From Micavibrio sp. (GTDB taxonomy: Bacteria > Patescibacteriota > Minisyncoccia > Moranbacterales > GCA-2747515), in the NCBI GenBank assembly GCA_020718085.1, contig DYDB01000003.1, positions 6,606 through 59,568 on the forward strand: a stretch of 52,963 nucleotides of DNA. The letters run 5' to 3'. Positions 47,999 through 52,963 of this stretch are shown piece by piece. The position numbers were made by a program, and so were the translations under genes. Each line of letters begins with the position of its first letter. Positions within the stretch are counted from its first letter, which is position 1. Below the pieces are notes generated by a model. That model was not told the DNA's origin. It saw only the letters and a program-made list of their open reading frames with translations, and did not search any database.

Positions 47999-49015
47999 TC
48001 AAGTTGTAGGCAAGGCATCCAGCAACCATCTGTCCGGAATATTATTCCAGATGACCATTCCTCCAAGTAGCTGTATGATCGACGCCACTTTTGTCATATC
48101 TTTTTCCTCACAAAAAGCATATCTCGAGATCTTTTCCAATGCAGCTTTTACCTCACGCCTTTTATCTTCGGCAAAAGACGTTCCGGTATGTTTAAGTATG
48201 CACGCAAGAACATCCGCTCGATAATACTCCCACGATTCTTTCAGATCTTTTTCCTTTTTCTCCTTGTATTCTTCATCGGTGAGATATTTTGTGACCATGT
48301 GCAACGTGCCATCCACCTCTTTCATGAAACACTCTGTTCTGTCGGTATCAACGATCGGAGGTTTTGGCGCCCAAAGCATTTCATCTTGATAAAAGGGATC
48401 GGGATGAGTCTCGTGAAAACCCTCCTCCTCACACTCCCTGTCCCACATTGCTTGGATTGCATCAAGTGCTTCTTGCATTTCGTGCATGGATCTCCCCAGA
48501 TTATCCTCTGCACCTTGGACACCTTGATCGAAGAGATATTCAAGCGTTTGATCGTATCCCAAGATCGTATTCCAATGATCCATTTTTTTCTCAAGCTCTT
48601 TCATAAGATCCGTGTCACCAACTCTGAGAACCCACACTAAATAATTACGCGCAGATTTTCCAAGTGCTTCTTCTTGTTTCAAGACTCTGCCGGTATGCCA
48701 GTCGTACATATGTCCCACATCTTCTGAGTTTAGCAAACTCGCGATCACATCCACATGCGGACTTATGTAACCCATAATGAACATGGCCGTTAAGGTCATG
48801 ACTCTTGTGGTTGCATCATCCACGAGAATGAGCTCATCGCACTTGTGCGCAACGTCCTCAAATGTGGGAACGCGTGCATCATAATTACGACCGATAATAG
48901 ACTCTATACTGTTTAGGATTTCCGTTAATAGAGGACTAGGAAAGCGATTGACCTTGCTGGAAAAACACCAACATAATGCCGCTTCACGCCTCAACTCTTC
49001 AATGGTTTTCTCCAT
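47999..49015 (-). CDS. Hypothetical acidic protein
   Basis: 338-codon ORF with AGAGGAG SD, own promoter and terminator; no family recognised. Confidence 0.75.
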   Translation of the reverse strand: MEKTIEELRREAALCWCFSSKVNRFPSPLLTEILNSIESIIGRNYDARVPTFEDVAHKCDELILVDDATTRVMTLTAMFIMGYISPHVDVIASLLNSEDVGHMYDWHTGRVLKQEEALGKSARNYLVWVLRVGDTDLMKELEKKMDHWNTILGYDQTLEYLFDQGVQGAEDNLGRSMHEMQEALDAIQAMWDRECEEEGFHETHPDPFYQDEMLWAPKPPIVDTDRTECFMKEVDGTLHMVTKYLTDEEYKEKKEKDLKESWEYYRADVLACILKHTGTSFAEDKRREVKAALEKISRYAFCEEKDMTKVASIIQLLGGMVIWNNIPDRWLLDALPTT

Positions 49016-49076
49016 GACATACTCCTCTGTATTTGTTAAGGATACGATTTCTATTGACCAAATTTATTGGTTATTT

Positions 49077-49105
49077 ACTATATATGGATAAAATCATAAA
49101 GTCAA
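49077..49105 (-). promoter_or_regulatory. sigma70 promoter
   Basis: TTGACT-17 nt-TATAGT. Confidence 0.65.
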
Positions 49106-49109
49106 AAGT

Positions 49110-49140
49110 AAAATCCACACAACAAAGATGTGTGGATTTT
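49110..49140. terminator. Intrinsic terminator
   Basis: AAAATCCACAC...GTGTGGATTTT. Confidence 0.75.
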
Positions 49141-49142
49141 TT

Positions 49143-49176
49143 ATGCGGGGAGTATGGAATGTTGTTGGGACGTTCT
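49143..49176 (+). repeat. Downstream element copy 1
   Basis: ATGCGGGGAGTATGGAATGTTGTTGGGACGTT aligns with the copy at 49938, mostly transitions. Confidence 0.5.
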
Positions 49177-49192
49177 TATTAAAATAATCATG

Positions 49193-49858
49193 TTAATGCA
49201 ATTTCGGATATATAAAATCATCTGATTCTATTCCTGTTAAAATTCCAAAATGATAGCTATTCCCCCATTTTAACTCCTGACTTATTAACTTCAAGTACTT
49301 TTTAAAATCATCTGATGTATTAAGACAAGAAATTGGCTTTTGATTGACAACACACAATAATATTTTTATATCGGAATCAATTGTGTCCAATTGTTTCTTT
49401 TTATTTTTAGCTTTTTTTTCATATTTACAAAGAAAGTCTTTACTAGAATTTATAAATACACCTAGTTGAACATCCTTTTCTCGTTCGTTAGACTCAGTTA
49501 AAGTAAATACTTCCACAACAGCATTTTTTTTATTATATTTTGCTTCAAAATCAGGATTAGGTTTCTTATCACATCTTCTTTTTAACGGTTTAATTTCAAA
49601 AAAACCGAATTTATCAAGCCAAAATATAGAGCGAAGCTCCGCTAAAAAAGATTCAACAGCTTCAATAGTTTTATCATTTTCTTTAAAGTCTAGAGCCAGA
49701 ACTAAATCGCTTGGCGACATGTTGATTATATTTGAAGCACGCTGAATTCTTGATCGAATATCTTTTAAAATTTCCGGATTTTGCAATCTTAAATCACCTG
49801 TTTTATACAATACCCCCTCAATATACTTAATTACTGAATTTACTTTATCATTATCCAT
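49193..49858 (-). CDS. Hypothetical PD-(D/E)xK restriction-endonuclease-fold-like protein
   Basis: AEL...L..FG...PNPDFEA......VVEVF pattern (usual Lys absent); likely start MDNDK at 49858; AT-rich. Confidence 0.55.
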   Translation of the reverse strand: MDNDKVNSVIKYIEGVLYKTGDLRLQNPEILKDIRSRIQRASNIINMSPSDLVLALDFKENDKTIEAVESFLAELRSIFWLDKFGFFEIKPLKRRCDKKPNPDFEAKYNKKNAVVEVFTLTESNEREKDVQLGVFINSSKDFLCKYEKKAKNKKKQLDTIDSDIKILLCVVNQKPISCLNTSDDFKKYLKLISQELKWGNSYHFGILTGIESDDFIYPKLH

Positions 49859-49871
49859 GAAAATTAATGTT

Positions 49872-49970
49872 ATCAAAAAAAATTCACGTCCCCATCTCCC
49901 TTTGCACAAAAGTTCATAAAAACAGGTTTATTTTATAGCTGAGAATGTGGGACAATGTTGGAACTTTTTG
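49872..49970. repeat. Junction element: upstream-type arm plus downstream-type arm forming a long bulged hairpin
   Basis: AAAAATTCACGTCCCCATCTCCC...GAGAATGTGGGACAATGTTGGAACTTTTT imperfect inverted repeat. Confidence 0.55.
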
Positions 49971-49993
49971 TTTACAAATTCAATTCAATGATT

Positions 49994-50497
49994 TTAACTA
50001 ATTACAGAAATACCCACTATATAAGGACTTAATCCATGTGGATATCTCCTCATGAATTTATCATAATTTTGTTGATATAAATCTGCGTCCTCATTTTTTT
50101 TCAACCATTTTTCTACTCCTTCTACAATATCATTGCAAAATATTTTTAGATCAATGTTCAACGCATTATTTATTACATTATTATGAAAAGTATTTGTTGT
50201 TTTTGACGGTTCTATAAAAATAACTCTATCGTATGTATTTTTCGGATGTTGTGAACTACCCTGGTGTAGCAATGAACATCGAAAATAGTAACAGTCATTT
50301 CCACTTACAAAGCCCGAATATTTTGGCGCAACATATTCATCAAACCATTTTATAAATTTTTTCTCACTAGCTCTCCCATCATTTGAATCCATAGCTCCAC
50401 ACAAATCAGGTAATGCCAGAACAGAGAATAGTGACAAATAATACAAATCTTCATCCAATCCTTTTTTTATTTGTTCTAATAATTCTTGCATAATCAA
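49994..50497 (-). CDS. HEPN-like protein
   Basis: All-helical; YYFRCSLLHQG contains R-x4-H; LALPDLCG. Confidence 0.6.
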   Translation of the reverse strand: MIMQELLEQIKKGLDEDLYYLSLFSVLALPDLCGAMDSNDGRASEKKFIKWFDEYVAPKYSGFVSGNDCYYFRCSLLHQGSSQHPKNTYDRVIFIEPSKTTNTFHNNVINNALNIDLKIFCNDIVEGVEKWLKKNEDADLYQQNYDKFMRRYPHGLSPYIVGISVIS

Positions 50498-50582
50498 TTA
50501 TTAATTAAAAACTTATTTTTTCACATTTTTTTTAAAATCTTAATCAAAAAATGGATTGCTAGAACGATTTTCAACAATTAAT

Positions 50583-51587
50583 TTACTGACAATCTGCATC
50601 ACAGGCAATACCATCATCATCGCCATCACGCGCTGAACATCCACACACATTAAGCTGATATTGTGCTTCTGCACAGGAGCTCATGTTTGGACATGTTTTG
50701 CTACAATTGCAAGTATAGCTTGAGTTTTCCTTTTTTACCGGTACAGCTGGAGTGATCACAGTATTTGCTTCTTTTTTTGTCTCAGTAGTAATTGTACTAG
50801 CCGTTACTGAAACATCACACACACCATCTGCCCACAATCCTCTCTTTTGTTCTTTTGCTTCTTTTTCTGCATTTTTGTATAGATCTTGATATTTATATGG
50901 TGTTTTGTATGTGTATTCATTGGCATATCCCTCTTTGATCATGTATTCACCAAAATTCGTTCCATCCTCCAAAAATACAAAGCGCAACAGTCTGTTGTAT
51001 TTATCAAGGTTTCCCTGCGTAGCATCTTCTTCAAGATAAACTTTTTTCCCTGATAATAATTCCTTTGCTTTTGTAGATGCTTCTTTGCCGAAACACTCAA
51101 CAGGTTTTCGCGGATCCACTGTTTCTGGCGTATTGATCCCAATCATGCGAATCACTTCATCTTTTCCATCAATGTTAATTTTTATAGTGTCGCCATCCAC
51201 CACATGTACAACATCATGCAAAGAACCTTTTTCCGAACCTTGTTCTTGTTCTGTATTTCTCTCTGTTACACCAACCGCAACTTTTTCCGCATTTTCATTG
51301 GATGTTGTCTTCGTGCGAAGTTGTTCTTGCAGATTTTCTATTTCAGCAGTCAATCGTGCTATTTCAACATCTTTTTGTGCAATGTCCACATTGGCGTGAT
51401 CTGTTGAATCATCCAGTGAAACACTGTAGCCAATGATAGCAAGAACTGCAATAATAGAAGAAATAATCGCAGCTTTATTCGAAGATGTGTTTGGACTTTT
51501 ATTCAACGCTTCTTGTCTAATTTTTTGTAAATATGCCTCTTCAGAGGAAGACAATTTTCTTCCATAACGCATCTTATGATCCCACAT
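50583..51587 (-). CDS. Membrane-anchored thermonuclease (SNase) with Cys-rich excalibur-like tail
   Basis: VVDGDTI, IRMIGINTPE, DKYNRLL, GYA, AKEQKRGLW; C-terminal CPNMSSCAEA...DGDDDGIACD. Confidence 0.9.
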   Translation of the reverse strand: MWDHKMRYGRKLSSSEEAYLQKIRQEALNKSPNTSSNKAAIISSIIAVLAIIGYSVSLDDSTDHANVDIAQKDVEIARLTAEIENLQEQLRTKTTSNENAEKVAVGVTERNTEQEQGSEKGSLHDVVHVVDGDTIKINIDGKDEVIRMIGINTPETVDPRKPVECFGKEASTKAKELLSGKKVYLEEDATQGNLDKYNRLLRFVFLEDGTNFGEYMIKEGYANEYTYKTPYKYQDLYKNAEKEAKEQKRGLWADGVCDVSVTASTITTETKKEANTVITPAVPVKKENSSYTCNCSKTCPNMSSCAEAQYQLNVCGCSARDGDDDGIACDADCQ

Positions 51588-51660
51588 AACGTACCTATGA
51601 ATATTTTTTTACAGTATACTCCTGTTAGACAAAATTACACAATTTTTGTTTAATAAACAG

Positions 51661-51690
51661 AAAACGACAGATGAGATCACCTGCCGTTTT
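51661..51690 (-). terminator. Intrinsic terminator
   Basis: AAAACG.CAG.TG..CA.CTG.CGTTTT, pairs via G-U on the minus strand. Confidence 0.65.
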
Positions 51691-51708
51691 GATTTCTGGA
51701 TACTGCAT

Positions 51709-52296
51709 TCAACATTTCGCCATAATAGATTGCTCGAATGAAATTACGATTTTTTCAAGCTTTTTCTGATATTCCTTTAACCTTTCAGTTATTGGTCTGG
51801 AATTTAGATTCGTATTTGCCCAAAAGTTGTTCATTTCAGGACAATCGGCAGAAGCAATCGCACCATTATGATGTTTTAACTTTACTGTCACTGCAGGAGT
51901 GTTTTTGGTTGGACCGATAGTTACCGTTCCATTAGCAAAATCAAACGCCATCGGGACACCTTCACCATCTGATAAATTTTCGAAATGATCTGAAATTGGA
52001 AACTGAACAAAAGCACTTCTTGTAAGACACCTCTCGTGATGACTTATGTTTCTTAGTCTCCTCATAAACTTGAAAAGTATCTCCCTTTCTCTCTCGACAC
52101 ATGTAGAATCATACCATTTTTTAAAATGCTCATCGCAACCTTTCTTATGCCTTTGCTCATTGAATAACTCTCTGACAGAAATCGCAGAGTTGAGATAAGC
52201 ACTAAGATAAAAGTCCATTTCCATGCCATGAGATGAGAGTATTTTGGCGAGAAAAAATCTGCATTCCTCCATCTTTTTTCTTATATCAGTCTCCAT
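51709..52296 (-). CDS. HEPN-like protein
   Basis: ECRFFL...YLSAYLNSAISV...LRNISHHE (RN-x3-H); GGAGG SD. Confidence 0.6.
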   Translation of the reverse strand: METDIRKKMEECRFFLAKILSSHGMEMDFYLSAYLNSAISVRELFNEQRHKKGCDEHFKKWYDSTCVEREREILFKFMRRLRNISHHERCLTRSAFVQFPISDHFENLSDGEGVPMAFDFANGTVTIGPTKNTPAVTVKLKHHNGAIASADCPEMNNFWANTNLNSRPITERLKEYQKKLEKIVISFEQSIMAKC

Positions 52297-52351
52297 GCAC
52301 CCTCCACGTTGAATTGACTACATTAAAGAACTTACTTGAACAGAACAAACA

Positions 52352-52380
52352 ATTATAAATGAAAAGACAACAAAAGTCAA
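52352..52380 (-). promoter_or_regulatory. sigma70 promoter
   Basis: TTGACT-17 nt-TATAAT. Confidence 0.75.
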
Positions 52381-52460
52381 TGCATGATTGGACAAGCTTT
52401 GTTTTCAATATTTCTAAAAAAAATGTCTAACCAGGACAGTTCTCGACGTATGCCTAGTAC

Positions 52461-52963
52461 TTAAAAAGTGTCTAGATCCACATTATGATAATCAATGAAT
52501 TTTTGTTCCACGAGGTCATATTGTCCTTTGTATGGATTTGATGCGCTGTTTATATGTAACGGATCTTTTTGGAAAAGATACACTTGTCCGCGTGGTGGTC
52601 TGCCTGGATATGCCAGAAGGATCCACTGTTCTCGTCCATTCACAAAATCATTTTGCAACGTCAATTGTCGATTGAGCAAAAGATAGACAAAAGTGTGTTC
52701 TTCCAGATAGAAATTAATTTGTTGTGGTGTGAGTTCTTTGCCTTGTTCCTGTGCATCACGCGCTACTTGCTTTTGAAAATCTTCATCTGATTCATAAAAA
52801 TCCTTGATCGCACGAAACGTGCTAAAGAAATCATTGTGTGAAAGATACATCTGAAACCACGAGTCAAAATGAAATGCCGAATCAATTTGAAATTTGCGGA
52901 AATTCTTTGCAACAAGTTTACGCACACCGCCCATGTGGCTGACAGCATTTTGTGCAAATCTAT
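52461..52963 (-). CDS. Hypothetical protein, 5' end outside the window
   Basis: Frame stays open from the window end (RFAQNAVSHMGGVRK...) to stop at 52461. Confidence 0.7.
   Translation of the reverse strand, partial: RFAQNAVSHMGGVRKLVAKNFRKFQIDSAFHFDSWFQMYLSHNDFFSTFRAIKDFYESDEDFQKQVARDAQEQGKELTPQQINFYLEEHTFVYLLLNRQLTLQNDFVNGREQWILLAYPGRPPRGQVYLFQKDPLHINSASNPYKGQYDLVEQKFIDYHNVDLDTF

Noticed and set aside
49056-49073. GACCAA-N5-TTGGTT palindrome as a second copy of the uvrA operator
   Set aside because: Different half-site spacing and located in the leader; more likely an RNA hairpin.
49859-49909. N-terminal extension MCKGRWGREFF of the 238 aa ORF
   Set aside because: It is a translation of the non-coding repeat/promoter element; ATG at 49858 is the more plausible start.
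50548-50575. Possible third downstream arm (TGGATTGCTAGAACGATTTT), and similar hints at ~40300, ~42345 and ~52440
   Set aside because: Needs gaps and has too few matches to distinguish from chance.
40324-52963. Classical integron, prophage or CRISPR array
   Set aside because: No intI, no exact attC cores, most genes have their own promoters, no phage structural genes, and no regularly spaced direct repeats.
1-52963. Alternative genetic code (UGA=Gly, as in Gracilibacteria/Absconditabacteria)
   Set aside because: Conserved genes are full length in code 11 and several ORFs end in TGA, including the ATGA overlap at 26480-26483.

Overview
Bacterial chromosomal segment that looks like Patescibacteria/CPR (Parcubacteria-like). 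This is inferred from the LVPCG-type pilin, DUF5663-like proteins, GT-C pair and SD-poor core genes; TGA is used as stop. 1-12 kb: MEP isoprenoid genes (dxs, ispG) next to a sufS-sufU-DUF59 Fe-S module, then manC and uvrA. 12-24.8 kb is the most striking block: a VirD4/TraD-like coupling ATPase flanked by three large paralogous proteins without Sec signal peptides. These share a helical domain, hydrophobic segments, internal modules and a C-terminal domain, and two are each followed by a small acidic DUF5663-like gene. This is a candidate secretion substrate/chaperone locus. 25-40 kb: glycosylation, cell-wall and housekeeping genes (two GT-C, ftsQ-like, holB, two GT4, murA-HD-NUDIX/MazG-mreB, lytic transglycosylase plus pilin, rplY). 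40-53 kb: an accessory array of mostly stand-alone genes (STAND-like ATPase-TPR, two HEPN-like, PD-(D/E)xK-like, thermonuclease). Several are preceded or followed by a recurring ~30-bp element, and the region has palindromic repeats. No rRNA, tRNA, CRISPR array, integrase or transposase gene was recognised. All calls are by eye; no database searches were run.
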